A stretch of 64,000 bases of DNA from NCBI GenBank assembly GCA_951406725.2, contig OX597823.1, positions 110,670,001-110,734,000 of the forward strand, read 5' to 3'. Position numbers and translations under genes: made by a program. The stretch comes from Octopus vulgaris. Lineage: Eukaryota. Below the pieces are notes generated by a model that saw only the letters and a program-made list of their open reading frames with translations, made no database searches and was not told where the DNA came from. This document shows positions 38,622-51,857 of the stretch, in pieces (position 1 is the first letter of the stretch; each line of letters starts with the position of its first letter).

Positions 38622-39489
38622 GATGATGATGATGATGATGATTGTGATGTGAACTTCTTAACCACTTTGTCATGTATGCACCCCCATCATCATCATCAGC
38701 ATTTTAACGTCCACTCTTCCATGCTTGACCCATGCACTTTAAATTAGCAAAAAAAACAACAGATTAACAAATAATTACACAAAATAAACATGGTTGTTAA
38801 ATTAAATTAAATAATAATAAAAATAAAATGACCAAATAAAATACATAAGAAAATAATAGAAATAAATAAAAATAATTACACACACACACATTATAATCAT
38901 TATGCTGAATAATTAAAATGAATAAATACACATATAAACGAATGATTGAAATATAACAAACGTGTCACAACAAAGTATAATTTTTGAAGAAATGTAGAAA
39001 CAGTGGAAACTCTAGCAACAACAACAACATCAACTGCAACAATAACAATAACCACAACAAGAATAAAGTTGAAATGATGATGTATCAACATTGCAGCACC
39101 ATGGAATAAAGGCACTAATTACCAGCATCAAGAAAATTTACATGTGTGTGTATGTATGAGTGTGTGTCTGTATTTGTATAGGTGTGTGGTTGTGAATGTA
39201 TATGTGTGTGATTGTTTGTTTGTGTGTGTTTTAGTGTTGAGATCATTCGGGCAAATGGTAGTATTTGTTTTTGTTGCCCATAAACTATTTGTCCAGAAAT
39301 TTTGGTGTAGTTTGATGTGTTTAGAGCTGAATAATAAAGCACCTTTACAGCATCAAGCTGTTGAATAATGTTAGAAGAAGCCTTCTTCAGTCCCAACCGG
39401 TGGGGCAAAAAGGCAAACATAAAACAGATGATGATGATAACGATGACAAGACAAAATAGGAGGAAGAAAAGGAGGAAAATTATGATGTT

Positions 39490-39770
39490 TACCAGCGTCG
39501 ACTTACTGGGACCTGTGCCGGTGGCATGTGTATAAAGATTCGAGCGAGGTTGTTGCCAGTACCGCCTGACTGGCCCTGTGCTGGTGGCATGTAAAAAGCA
39601 CCCACTACACTCTCAGAGTGGTTGGCGTTAGGAAGGGCATCCAGCAGTAGAAACTCTGCCAGATCAAGACTGGAGCCTGGTGCAGCCATCTGGTTCACCA
39701 GCCCTCAGTCAAAATCGTCCAACCCATGCTAGCATGGAAGGTGGACGTTAAACGATGATGATGACGATGA
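39490..39770 (+). mobile_element. RTE 3' UTR fragment
   Basis: Matches the RTE terminus. Confidence 0.85.
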
Positions 39771-39987
39771 TGTTGATCATCATCATCATCATAGTCCTGA
39801 TAACTAACTGAAGATACCTCCACCTGCTATCTCCCTGTCTCCCAACCTTCACCAGTCTATCATTATTATGAATCTGCTGGTCTTCAGCCTTTCTATACTT
39901 CCAGTAATTACTTCCTCCTCCCTGAATCATCTTCACTGACATCAATCCCTTATTCTTAGCACCTTTCCTTCAAACTTTATATTTACC

Positions 39988-40219
39988 CATTTCTTTACTA
40001 CCCATAAGGGGCTAAACACAGAGAGGACGAGCAAGGACAGACAAACAGATTAAATCGATTACATCGACCCCAGTGCGTAACTGGTACTTAATTTATCGAC
40101 CCCGAAAGGATGAAAGACGAAGTCGACCTCGGCGGAATTTGAACTCACAACGTAACGGCAGACGAAATACGGCTACGCATTTCGCCCGGCGTGCTAACGT
40201 TTCTGCCAGCTCGCCACCT
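39988..40219 (-). mobile_element. SINE family B with 19-bp TSD
   Basis: TSD ttcaaactttatatttacc at 39969-39987 and 40220-40238. Confidence 0.92.
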
Positions 40220-40464
40220 TTCAAACTTTATATTTACCATTATATTTACCTCTCCATCCTTGATCCCTAGTTATTACAGTCATTCCCTAACTCCCTTTTT
40301 AACCTCTTTCATTCTTCTCCCACACTCTTGCAAATTGTTTGTCCCCTCACTGTATTCTGTTTATCTTTTCTACCTTGGGGGCACATCCTGAGAGCTCAGT
40401 GCTATCATCTATATTTCTTTTTCTGTTTCAGCTTTAATTATACCCACATTTATATAATATGATG

Positions 40465-40755
40465 TAGCTATTACTTGTGCCAGGGTGCAGGTGACATGTA
40501 AACAAAAATACAATCTTCCATGACCGCTGCCAGGGCTGCCTGACTGGTTCTCATGCCAGTGGCACATAAAAGCACCCACTACACTCTCAGAGTGGCTGGC
40601 ATTAGGAAGGGCATCAAGCTGTATAAACTCTGCCAGATCAAGATTGGAACCTGGTGCAGCCATCTGGTTCGCCAGTCCTCAGTCAAATCATCCAACCCAT
40701 GCTAGCATGGAAAGCGGACGTTAAACAACGATGACGACGATGATGATGATGATGA
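40465..40755 (+). mobile_element. RTE 3' UTR fragment
   Basis: Matches the RTE terminus. Confidence 0.85.
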
Positions 40756-41471
40756 TAACTCCCCTAAAGAAGAAACTTGTTTCTGTCTCTTATATCATAC
40801 TTTATTTGACCTCGCAACATCTAACATAAGTTGCTACCTTCCCTAATTCATCCCCATTCTGTGAAGATGACTCTTTAATCGAGCAAGATAGATGGTGACC
40901 CCACTAGTGCTGATGCAATGATAAAAAGCAACCAGCGTACTCTGTGGAATGGTTGGCATTAGGAAGGACGCTAAATCATAGAATCTTTGCTATGGAAGAG
41001 ATAGGTGTACAATGTAGTCTCGGATTCATTAAATATCATTGAATCATATTGAAAGAGGTGACCAAAATGGTTTGTGTGAAGATGGGGCATCAGGCTGTAA
41101 AACGCAGCCTTGTAAAAGTATCATACCAGTGAAGGAAAGTGAAGAGAAAAGACGAGGCTAATGAGGATGGATGGTGATGTTGATAAAGCTAAAGTATGTA
41201 TATATGTATAAATAAATCTATGTGTGTGTATATAAGTATGTATATATATATAAATGTATATACATACTCTTTTACTTGTTTCATTCATTTGACTGTGGCC
41301 ATGCTGGAGCACCGCCTTTAGTCGAACAAATTGACCCCAGGATTTATTCTTTGTAAACCTAGTACTTATTCTACTGGTCTCTTTTGCAGAACCGCCAAGT
41401 TACATGTATATATATAATATATATGTATGTAAGTATGTATGTATGAATATATGTATATATATATATATATA

Positions 41472-43019
41472 TATAGCCTAGTCACCCGTATAGTTAATCA
41501 GGTGATACACAAAGGGGTCATACCCAATGACTGGTGTAGCAGTATAATAGTCAACTGCTACAAAGGTAAAGGTGATGCCCTAGATACAAATAACTACAGA
41601 GGTATCAAGCTGTTGGACCAGGTGATGAAGGTTACGGAGAGGGTCATAGCCCAACTAATTAGAGAGAGAGTTAGTTTAGATGAGATGCAGTTTGGGTTTG
41701 TGCCAGGGAAAAGTACTACTGATGCTATATTCCTGGTAAGGCAGCTGCAGGAGAAATACCTAGCCAAAGATAAGCCCCTGTACCTGGCTTTTGTTGACAT
41801 GGAGAAAGCCTTCGACAGGGTCCCCCGATCCCTTATCTGGTGGGCAATGAGGAAACTAGGGATAGTTGAATGGTTAGTGAGAGCTGTGCGGGCCATGTAT
41901 AGGGACGCCGCTAGTAGGGTGAGGGTTGGAAATGTGTACAGTGAAGAATTCCGGGTAGAGGTAGGAGTCCACCAAGGCTCAGTACTCAGCCCCCTCCTAT
42001 TTATCATAGTCCTCCAGGCAATAACGGAGGAATTCAAGACAGGATGCCCTTGGGAGCTCCTCTATGCTGATGACCTTGCTCTAATTGTTGAGTCGCTATC
42101 AGAACTGGAGGAGAAGTTTCAGGTGTGGAAACAAGGATTAGAATCGAAGGGCCTCAGAGTCAATCTAGCTAAAACCAAAGTCGTAATCAGTAGGAAGGTA
42201 GACAAATCACAAACACCTTCAGGTAGATGGCCCTGCTCGATCTGTAGAAAAGGTGTAGGTAGAAACTCTATAAGATGCACCAAGTGTAAGCTATGGACAC
42301 ATAAGAGATGCAGCAATGTCAAAGGAAGGCTAACTAGGAAGATGGTTTTTGTATGTGGCAGATGCTCAGGAACAATAAACACTGAAAATGCTCTGAGACC
42401 AACTTCCGTCACTTTCCAGGGAGAAAAACTAGAAATAGTTGATAGTTTCCGTTACCTAGGTGACCAAGTCAGCAGCGGGGGCGGGTGTGCTGAAAGTGTA
42501 ACTGCTAGAGTAAGAATAGCTTGGGCAAAGTTCAGAGAGCTCTTACCTCTGCTGGTGACAAAAGGCCTCTCGCACAGAGTGAAAGGCAGACTGTATGATG
42601 CGTGTGTACGAACAGCCATGCTACATGGCAGTGAAACATGGGCCGTGACTGCTGAGGATATGCGTAAGCTCGCTAGAAATGAAGCCAGTATGCTCCGATG
42701 GATGTGTAATGCCGGTACTCACACTCGGCAGAGTGTAAGTACCTTGAGAGAAAAGCTGGACCTAAGAAGCATCAGTTGTGGTGTGCAAGAGAGACGTTTG
42801 CGCTGGTATGGTCATGTGGCGAGAATGGATGAAGATAGATGTGTGAAAAAGTGCCACACCCTAGCGGTTGAGGGAACCTGTGGAAGAGGCAGACCCAGGA
42901 AAACCTGGGACGAGGTGGTGAAGCACGACCTTCGAACTTTAGGTCTCACTGAGGAAATGACTAGAGACCGAGACCTCTGGAAGTGTGCTGTGCGCGAGAA
43001 GACCCGGCAGGACAAGTGA
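41472..43019 (+). CDS. RTE-type reverse transcriptase (N-terminally truncated, no endonuclease) with an inserted PHD-like finger
   Basis: Uninterrupted frame with NYRGIKLL, QFGFVPGKSTTDAIF, FVDMEKAFDRVP, GVHQGSVLSPLLF, YADD (42063-42074), FRYLG, RRLRWYGHV and GRGRPRKTW. The track ATG at 41439 lies in microsatellite and is not a real start. Confidence 0.93.
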   Translation, partial: YSLVTRIVNQVIHKGVIPNDWCSSIIVNCYKGKGDALDTNNYRGIKLLDQVMKVTERVIAQLIRERVSLDEMQFGFVPGKSTTDAIFLVRQLQEKYLAKDKPLYLAFVDMEKAFDRVPRSLIWWAMRKLGIVEWLVRAVRAMYRDAASRVRVGNVYSEEFRVEVGVHQGSVLSPLLFIIVLQAITEEFKTGCPWELLYADDLALIVESLSELEEKFQVWKQGLESKGLRVNLAKTKVVISRKVDKSQTPSGRWPCSICRKGVGRNSIRCTKCKLWTHKRCSNVKGRLTRKMVFVCGRCSGTINTENALRPTSVTFQGEKLEIVDSFRYLGDQVSSGGGCAESVTARVRIAWAKFRELLPLLVTKGLSHRVKGRLYDACVRTAMLHGSETWAVTAEDMRKLARNEASMLRWMCNAGTHTRQSVSTLREKLDLRSISCGVQERRLRWYGHVARMDEDRCVKKCHTLAVEGTCGRGRPRKTWDEVVKHDLRTLGLTEEMTRDRDLWKCAVREKTRQDK

Positions 43020-43630
43020 GTCCATAACCCGTGGCCTTCTACATGGGATGGAGCCGGCCTACGTATGCATACCTTCCCTTCTTGGGACACAAAACTCTAC
43101 TTGTGAAGACGTGTTGAGGCAAGTGAGGATCAGAATCGAAATCGATCAATGGAAATTGCGGATGTGCTACCAGTGCCGGTGGCATGTCAAAACTCTGCTT
43201 GTGAAGACCCGTTGAGGCAAGTGAGGATCAGAATCGAAATCGATCAATGGAAATCGATCAATGGAAATTGCAGATGTGTTACCAGTGCCGGTGGCATGTA
43301 AGAGAACTTTCCGTTTCGCGACCGTTGCCAGCACCGCCCCGTTTCGTGTCCGTTGCCAGCCTCGCCTGGCCCTCGTGCCGGTGGCACATAAAAAGCACCA
43401 TCCGTTCGTGGCCGTTTGCCAGCTCTGTCTGGCACCAGTGCGGGTGGCACGTAAAAAGCACCCACTACACTCACGGAGTGGTTGGCGTTAGGAAGGGCAT
43501 CCAGCCGTAGAAACACTGCCAGATTTGACTGGGCCTGATGAAGCCTTCTGGCTTCACAGACCCCAGTAGAACCGTCCAACCCATGCTAGCATGGAAAACG
43601 GACGCTAAACGATGATGATGATGATGATGA

Positions 43631-43634
<4 letters not shown>
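41472..43634 (+). mobile_element. 5'-truncated RTE-clade LINE inserted in a (TA)n tract
   Basis: RT ORF, about 590-bp 3' UTR with an internal duplication (43093-43187 and 43191-43298), (GAT)n tail, (TA)n on both sides. Confidence 0.95.
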
Positions 43635-43688
<54 letters not shown>

Positions 43689-43735
43689 GTATATGTATAT
43701 GTCTATGTATATATCTATCTATCTATCTATCTATC

Positions 43736-43774
<39 letters not shown>

Positions 43775-43789
43775 GTGTATGTATGTATG

Positions 43790-43830
<41 letters not shown>

Positions 43831-43894
43831 ATGTGTGTGTGTATATCGTCCAACCCATTCTAGCATGGAAAGCGGATGTTAAACGATGATGATG

Positions 43895-43990
<96 letters not shown>

Positions 43991-44645
43991 GTGTGTGTGT
44001 ATGTATGTATGCATGTACACATAAAAAAGGAAATGATGGGAAGTGAGGGAGAAAGAGATGTGTCTTATATGCCTGAATCGTGCACATGGACGTGCACATA
44101 TGTGCGTGTGCATTTATTGAAATGATTGTGTTAACATAAATAAATCATCAGAAGTAGATATGAAGAAAATAAAATGGAAAAACTACAAACCAATAACGAC
44201 ACAACAATACCAAATAAAACAACAAATTAGCAACAAAAACAAAAAATACAATGAACAAACAAATAAAGAAGTAATCATTTCCAACAACGAAATTGGATCA
44301 AATGAAAATACTTCCCAAATTTAAGAAAAGCGGAATCATCATAAAAGAAATTTCCTTTCGTTCAACAATCGGGTGAAAATAATTAGCTTACAGAAATAAC
44401 ATGTTATCGTTTGTAAAACATTTTTCTTAATTACATTTATTGCATCTTGTGTAATGCAAAGAGATTTTTTGAGAGAAAAAAGGGAAAATTTTGAGTTGAA
44501 TCAAAAGAAAAGCAAAAAGCAAAAAAAATTAAAGAAAGGAATATTATGGTTTTATTTATGTAGGGATATATAAATATAAGCATATGAAATACTGCATACA
44601 TACGTATATATCTACATATATTTATAATGCATGTACTACATATGG

Positions 44646-44677
<32 letters not shown>

Positions 44678-45003
44678 TCAGAGAGAGGGGGAGAGAAAGA
44701 GAGAGAGAGAAAGTGAAAGAGATGAGAGAGGGAGATATTTATACACATACACAGACACATATATACATATATATACAATATACAATATATATATATATGC
44801 ATGTATGCACACATATACATATATATGAGTGTGTGAGCATATATATATACACATACGCACATATTTTTCATATGTGCATATATATGTATATATATCACAT
44901 GAATGTTTATATCTATATGTATGTATTTATATATGTGTATGTGCCTGTGATGTTTATGTATATGTACTCATATACATTAACATACACACACACAAACACA
45001 CAT

Positions 45004-45038
<35 letters not shown>

Positions 45039-45118
45039 GCATTTATACATTCATATATATAGCGTTTATACATTCATACACATACAAACACACACACACA
45101 CACACACATATATATGTA

Positions 45119-45150
<32 letters not shown>

Positions 45151-45913
45151 CTAGTATATGTTCATACACATATAAATCAAATCTGTGTGCCTCTGTGCAT
45201 GTGTGTGAATATGTGTGTGAACATTGAATAAGAACTTTGTCCATGAATACAAATATTTTTTGGCTTATTTATGGCTATTGATCTGGGTTTTTTTTTATCT
45301 TTCCTAATTTATTTTTTTCTCTGCTAAAAGTTTGGAGAAATCAGAATTAAAAATTCTTATGAGGCCATCCCTCTGCTTTCACATTACTGCCAACTCTACT
45401 GATTGGTTAATTTTGATTCTGTTGCTTAAAAATAAAAATCTTCTGCCCACCTATTTCTTCAGAATGAACCACTGCTATTGGACAGTTAAAATTTTGAAAA
45501 GAAATAGGTTGGTCTTAGACTTTGGTATCACTGCCAGACTATGATGATGCTGCATCTATTCTTAAAACATTGGCGCTGACGATGTTGTTATTGTTATTGT
45601 AGCGCTTGGTGCTATATTTGCAGTTGTTGTTGTTGCTCTGGTTGATGTTATTGTAGCTATTGTTGTTGTTGTTGTTGTTGTTACTGTTTAACTTGTACAT
45701 TGTAGTAGGCAGTGAACCAGCCAAGTTGTTGATGTTTCAGACACAATGCCTTACAGTTGTATCTCTGAGCTATGTGTTCAAATCCTACCATGCTCAAATT
45801 TACCTTTTATGCTTTGTAGTGTTCTTGAATAAAGTGCCAATCTTTGGAAGAGAAAAAAAGGAATATAGAAGGAATTTATTTTTCTATATTACTTCTATAG
45901 AAGTAATATAGGG

Positions 45914-46241
45914 TAAAAACCTGCTTTGGCCATGAATGTCCATGGGGTGGCACCTAGAAAGTTCCTTTCAAAGACACAAATCTGGGCAAGGTCACTTATG
46001 GAAGACCAGCAGTCACCCATGCATACCAACCTCCCTTCTCTATGACACCAATGTTGTTCAAAGGAAAGGCAAAGGCCGATACAGCTTGGCACCTGTGACA
46101 TCACAACTCATTTCTATAGCTGAGTGAGCTGGAGCAATGTGAAATAAAGTGTCTTGCTCAAGAACACAACACAAAGCCAGGTCTGGGAATCGAACTCACA
46201 ACCTCATGATTGTGAGCCCAAAGCTCTAACCACTGAGCCAT
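45914..46241 (-). mobile_element. SINE family D
   Basis: Head tggctcagtggttagagc...gagttcgattcc, then cttgagcaagacactttatttcac. Confidence 0.85.
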
Positions 46242-46689
46242 TAGAAAATTGAAAAGTTACCCTTCTCACCAGGAAGTGAACAAAATGTGAAGAGGAGCCC
46301 CTAATTCTCTAAAGATAAATCTGTCTAAAAACTTGGTGAAATTTAGTTCAAAGCCCTTTGAATAACCACCTAGATGCATATAAAGTGTGTGAGATCTTGT
46401 TAGGTACAATTCCTGGCCTGATAGAGTTTGCATCAGAAAAGATGAGTCACTGAGAAGGAATTCTAAGTGTGTATACTTTGCATTACAAGTCAACAAGCCA
46501 CAATATTTGGCTCTTCGGTGAACCGTTCCCTTCTTATGAATGGCCCTTATTTACTCACTGAAATTTCTGGAACTTACAGTTTGAATGGTACATGAAAGAA
46601 GTGAAGTTGTGCAATATGAATTGTGCAATGCCCTTGGTCAATGCTGGACATTCATTTTGATATATGTTGATTTAATTGTTATATATTTT

Positions 46690-46903
46690 CTTATTTCTTT
46701 ACTGCCCACAAGGTGCTACACACAGAGGGGACAAACAAGGACAATCAAAGGGATTAAGTTAATTACACCAACCCCAGTGTGTAACTCGCTATTTAATCGA
46801 CCCCAAAAGGATGAAAGGCAAATTTGAACTCAGAACGTAACGGCAGACAAAATACCGCTAAGCATTTCACCCAGCGTGCTAACGATTCTGCTAGCTCGCT
46901 GCT
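46690..46903 (-). mobile_element. SINE family B
   Basis: Homology with a small internal deletion. Confidence 0.85.
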
Positions 46904-47344
46904 CTATTTTTTCTGTCATCTTTTAATCATTCTCTGTAATGATCTGTATGCCTAAGCAGTTAGTTTTAACCTTCTTCCCACATCTCTTGCATAACATTCT
47001 TCATCTTTCTCTTTTATTTGTACAATATTTTCTTGGATGTGAACTTTTTATGTACTTATTTATTTTTTAAAAACTGTTTATGTGTGTGTGGATGAAGTTG
47101 TAAATGTTCTTAGTATCTGTAATATATAACATAAGCCCCCCACACGCACACACCCACATAAGTTGTGGCTGTGTAGTAAGAGGCTTGCTTCCCAACCACA
47201 TGGTTCCAGGTTCAGTCCCACTATGTGGCACCTTCGGCAAATGTCTTCTACTATAGCCTCAGACCCCAAAGCCTTGTGTGTGGATTTGATAGACAGAAAC
47301 TGAAAGAAGCTTGTCATTTCTGTTGTGTATATATATATATATGT

Positions 47345-47644
47345 GGAGGCACAATGGCCCAGTGGTCAGGGCAGCAGACTCGCGGTCGTAGGATCGTGGT
47401 TTCGATTCCCAGACCGGGCCTTGTGAGTGTTTATTGAGCGAAAACACCTAAAGCTCCACGAGGCTCCGGCAGGGGTGAGTGGCGATCCCTGCTGTACTCT
47501 TTCGCCGCAACTTTCTCTCACTCTTTCTTCTGTTGGCCTGCTCGCTTAGCCAGCGGGGTGGTGTCATTCGAAGGCTAAAACAATGCGAACGCATTGTGAC
47601 CAGCGATGTGTAGCAACATCTGATGGTCTGGTCGGTCACATGAT

Positions 47645-47652
<8 letters not shown>
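47345..47652 (+). mobile_element. SINE family C (tail type 2), downstream of a family-A head (47158-47320)
   Basis: Head ggaggcacaatggcccagtgg...gtttcgattccc. Tail gcattgtgaccagcgatgtgtagcaacatctga is also seen reversed at about 18085-18190. Confidence 0.85.
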
Positions 47653-47693
<41 letters not shown>

Positions 47694-48200
47694 ATCCAAA
47701 CATGAAAACACAAAGAGAAAACACAACAACGTGAGGACGTGGAACAAATGTAGTATTAATATGTATGTATATATAATGTCTGGGGAACATTGTCTGAAAT
47801 GTGCACATAATGGAAAGAAACGATTAAGTACAGGTGTGACGTCTTTACACACAAGTAACAGGAGCATGCTGCTTTGAAATGATTCCTCCACAAGAGGGAT
47901 CCAAATGCAGAATCCGCAGAAACTCATCAAGAACTGAGATGCAATGTGTGCAGGTATTTTTCTTTTCTCAAGTACTGTATTTGTAAACCATCTAAAGACA
48001 CATTAGCCAGGGAAAAGTTGAACTGAATGTCAGATAGTCCTACTACCATGTCACTAAGGTAGATTTATACTGAAGAGAAAAATAAATGTCAGATCTATGA
48101 CCAATGTCAGATCTGTGAACAATGCCATCACCACTTGTACTGGTCATGGATATCAATACCACTACCAAAACCACTACAAGAGCCACCAACGCCATCAAGT

Positions 48201-48806
48201 GGAGGTGCAATGGCCCAGTGGTTAGGGCAGCGGACTCGCAGTGGGAGGATCGCGATTTCGATTCCCAGACCGGGCGTTGTGTGTGTTTATTGAGCAAAAA
48301 CACCTAAAGCTCAATGAGGTTCTGGCAGTGGGTGGTGGTGACGAGCTGGCAGAACCGTTAGCACGCCGGGCGAAATGCGTAGCGGTATTTTGTCTGCCAC
48401 TGCGTTCTGAGTTCAAATTCCGCCGAGGTCGACTTTGCCTTTCATCCTTTTGGGGTCAAATAAATAAGTACCAGTTACGCACTGGGGTCGACATAATCGA
48501 CTTAATACCTATGTCTGTCCTTGTTTGTCCTTTCTGTGTTTAGCGCCTTGTGGGTAGTAAAGAAATAGGTGGCAACTCCTGTTGTACTCTCTTTCACTCC
48601 AACTTTCTCTCACTCTTTCTACCTGTTTCTTGTCCCCAACTTCTTAAGCAACCGCTGAGCCTGGATGCGCATTCATCCATCTGTCGATGCTCTTGGGTCA
48701 GGGGTTCGCCTGCTTTCTCTTTTACGGGTCTTACAAATAGCAAAGGACCACGTATTGGACTTCTCCCACTACAGATGAAGACCGCTTCACTCAACAAACA
48801 AACAAA
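48201..48806 (+). mobile_element. SINE family C (tail type 3) with nested family-B copy (about 48337-48568)
   Basis: C head, B insert, then C core resumes at ggtggcaactcctgttgtactc. Ends in (AAAC)n. Confidence 0.85.
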
Positions 48807-49545
48807 GAAACCAGCACCATCATGTCACCCACCTGTAACCAGCAACACCCAAACATAAATAGCAATGCCACCACAACCTTCCAATAATAACGACAACAAC
48901 AAGAGCAACAAACATCATCAGTACACGTATCCTGCCTCTCCATATTAACCAGGTATTCTTTCTTTGCGAACTTAACAACAATTACCTATAACAAAAGCAA
49001 TAGAGGGCGCTGTAAAAACCAATCAGAAATGAAGAATTCAGTGAAAGGGTGAAAGCGAAATGGGTGGAGTGAGAAGGCAAGTAAGTGAGAAAGGCAGAGA
49101 CAAAAAGAGAGAGGGGGTGGGAGAGATAGATAGAGAGAGAGAGAGAGGGAAGGAGTGTGTAAGAAGTGGAGAAATGAAGAAAAATGGCAGCAATCGCTTT
49201 GATGTAGTAAAAAGAAATTATGTACATAAAAATTCTAGTTGGCATGGTAACAATAATATATGTATATGTATGTATGTATGTATGCACCTGTATTCATTGT
49301 ATGTATGTGGGTGTAAATATCTACAGAAACATATACATACATATGTATATATATATATATATATATATATTTATGTATGTATATAAACAAATATTCATAT
49401 ATATATGTATATATATGAGTGTGTATATATATATATATATATATATTGGTAAAAACGGTAAGATAACAAAAGAAAGAAAGAAGCCTCAATATTATGTAAA
49501 AAGAGGAAATTTATCTGAAAATTAATATGTTACCATTATTCAATA

Positions 49546-49615
49546 GCCAAGATAAAACTCTGAGTTTCGGATGCTGAGGTGGAAATCCACAACACTATCT
49601 CTTCGGTTATCTGGC
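49546..49615 (-). ncRNA. type-I hammerhead ribozyme motif (core variant CCGAAGA)
   Basis: GCCAGAUAA-CCGAAGA-[stem II]-GAA-ACUC a GAGU-U-UUAUCUUGGC. Extended stem I and near-palindromic stem III. Confidence 0.6.
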
Positions 49616-49649
49616 CAAATAACCGAAGAGATGGTGTTGTGGATTTCCA
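49580..49649. repeat. 31-bp-arm hairpin
   Basis: Arms 49580-49610 and 49619-49649, one mismatch. Confidence 0.92.
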
Positions 49650-49710
49650 TATAAATGCATATATATGTATATGTATGTATGTATATTTATATGTATATGT
49701 ATATATATAC

Positions 49711-49767
<57 letters not shown>

Positions 49768-50366
49768 CTACATATGTCTCTGAGTGTGTATATGTGATCA
49801 ACATTATTTAATACCACTATTTGCATGCTTGCATGGGTCAGACAGAATTCATCGTGACAGATACACAACAGACTTCCTGTTGACAACCTTCACATGTCTC
49901 TTACCAATATTTTTCAGCTTTGCTTGTATGATGATGATGATGCCGATCAAACACATATACACGTAAACATACACACACACATGCACGCACACATGCATAC
50001 TCATACATATATATACAATAGATGTCTTTTAGTTCATGTCCACCAAATCAACACACAAGGCTTTAGTCAACCTGGGCCTATAGTAAAAGACTCTTGCCCA
50101 AGGTGTCATGCAATCGGATTTAAACTGGGGTCAAGGACATATACTTGGGAAGCAAAGATCTCAACTGCACAGCCATGTCTGCACCACATCTAAGTGTATG
50201 AGTATGTATTCTCATCCAAGATAGGGACGAGTTCCAACTGGCAGGCTTGATGATTGTTGAGAAAACTCTTTTACATGAAACCAATGGTAGCCTTGTTAAC
50301 TCAGAAATAAAGAATATTTATCCACCAATGCAGTGTTTAACACTCATTCTCACTGGTCATTATTTG

Positions 50367-50740
50367 TCATCATCATCATCATCATCATCGTTTTTAACGT
50401 CCGCTTTCTATGCTAGCATGGGTTGGACGAATGACTGAGGGCTGGCGAACCAGATGGCTGCACCAGGCTTGAATCGTGATCTGGCAGAGTTTCTACTGCT
50501 GGATGCCCTTCCTAATGCCAACCACTCCGAGAGTGCAGTGGATGCTTTTACATGTCACCGGCATTGGGGCCAGTCAGGCGGTACTGGCAATGACCTCGCT
50601 TGAATCTTTTACACATGCTACCGGCACAGGTGCCAGTAAGGCGACGCTGGTAATGATCACGCTCGAATGGTGCCTTTTATGTGCCACTGGCACGGAAGCC
50701 GGTTAGCCGCTCTGCCAACGATCACGCTTGAATGGTGCTG
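50367..50740 (-). mobile_element. RTE 3' UTR fragment
   Basis: Matches the RTE terminus. Confidence 0.85.
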
Positions 50741-51043
50741 ATATTTATCAATATTTATTATCAGTACTATTATTACTTGAGCATCTACTTTTCCATGCTT
50801 GCATAAGTCAAACAGGATTCACTGAGGCACATTTTCTATGATTGGATGCTTTTCCCATCACCAACCTCACTTTCCCTTTGTCTTTTTCTTCATGAAGATT
50901 ACAATCAGTCAACGCTGGTTGTATGATAGTATTCTTTTGTTTGCACTTAACACTCTATAACAAGACAAGGTGACAGAAGAATACACAAACTCTCTCTCTC
51001 TCTCTCCTGCACACATACACACACACACACGTACACACACAAT

Positions 51044-51534
51044 CCCCCATTCAATCTATATTTCCTCTAGCATAGCTAAGGACTTCCTAGCACTAATTAG
51101 AGAGTATTTCTTAAGAACGTATCCCCATTGAACTCCTTGATTTCCATGACGTCAAGGCTAGTTACTCATGCTTAGATACAATTGCTTCCAACAATGCACA
51201 CTACTAAACAAGCAATCGCATGCCTACACAATCACTAAATCCCACTAACTGCCCACTAGGATGTTCTTGCATATCAAGATCCATTATCCATAGTGCCAGC
51301 CTTACACCATCTAATGGCATCACAAACCTTTACATGGGTGTAACAGCGAAAGATTTCAAGGGAAGATTTACATAACACATATACTCCTTCAAATATAAAG
51401 ACAGGCATAATGCTACTTCCCTGGCTTACTGCATTCTTGGAGATAGCTGATGTCAGGGAAAACTTACCCATCATCACAAAAAACCATCTTTGTCAAGTGC
51501 ACTTGATGAGGAACCGGGAAATTATTACTGTGCA
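51044..51534 (+). mobile_element. decayed Penelope-like (Naiad-type) C-terminal fragment
   Basis: PPFN..IAKDFLALIREYF, KASYSCL, NCPLGCSCISRSIIHSA...LYMGVTAKDFKGRFT*HIYSF...ATSLA. HHR-like remnant at 51498-51534. Confidence 0.7.
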
Positions 51535-51689
51535 AACTTTTGAAAAATATATGAAACACTCCACATGTATTTTGTATTGAGTACTACATATGGAGCCCAT
51601 TTTGTTTGAATCTGTTTCCACAAAGTTAATACATGTGTGTGAATCATCCCTCTCTTTCTCTCTCTCTCTCTCTCTCTAAATATATATAC

Positions 51690-51753
<64 letters not shown>

Positions 51754-51857
51754 TCATATGCATACAAACACATACATACATACATATATACATATATATA
51801 TATATACACACACACACATATATATATATATGCCCATACACACACACATACATAATT

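Noticed and set aside
43535-43560. CTGATGA plus agcc/ggct stem in the RTE 3' UTR as a hammerhead
   Set aside because: No GAAA or stem III follows, and other copies read ctggtgcagcc, so the match is a chance mutation.
46270-46650. Candidate minus-strand exons (GYSKGFELNFTKFLDRFIFRELGAPLHILFTS)
   Set aside because: Donors are plausible but acceptors are weak and no protein is recognisable; cannot be supported without RNA data.
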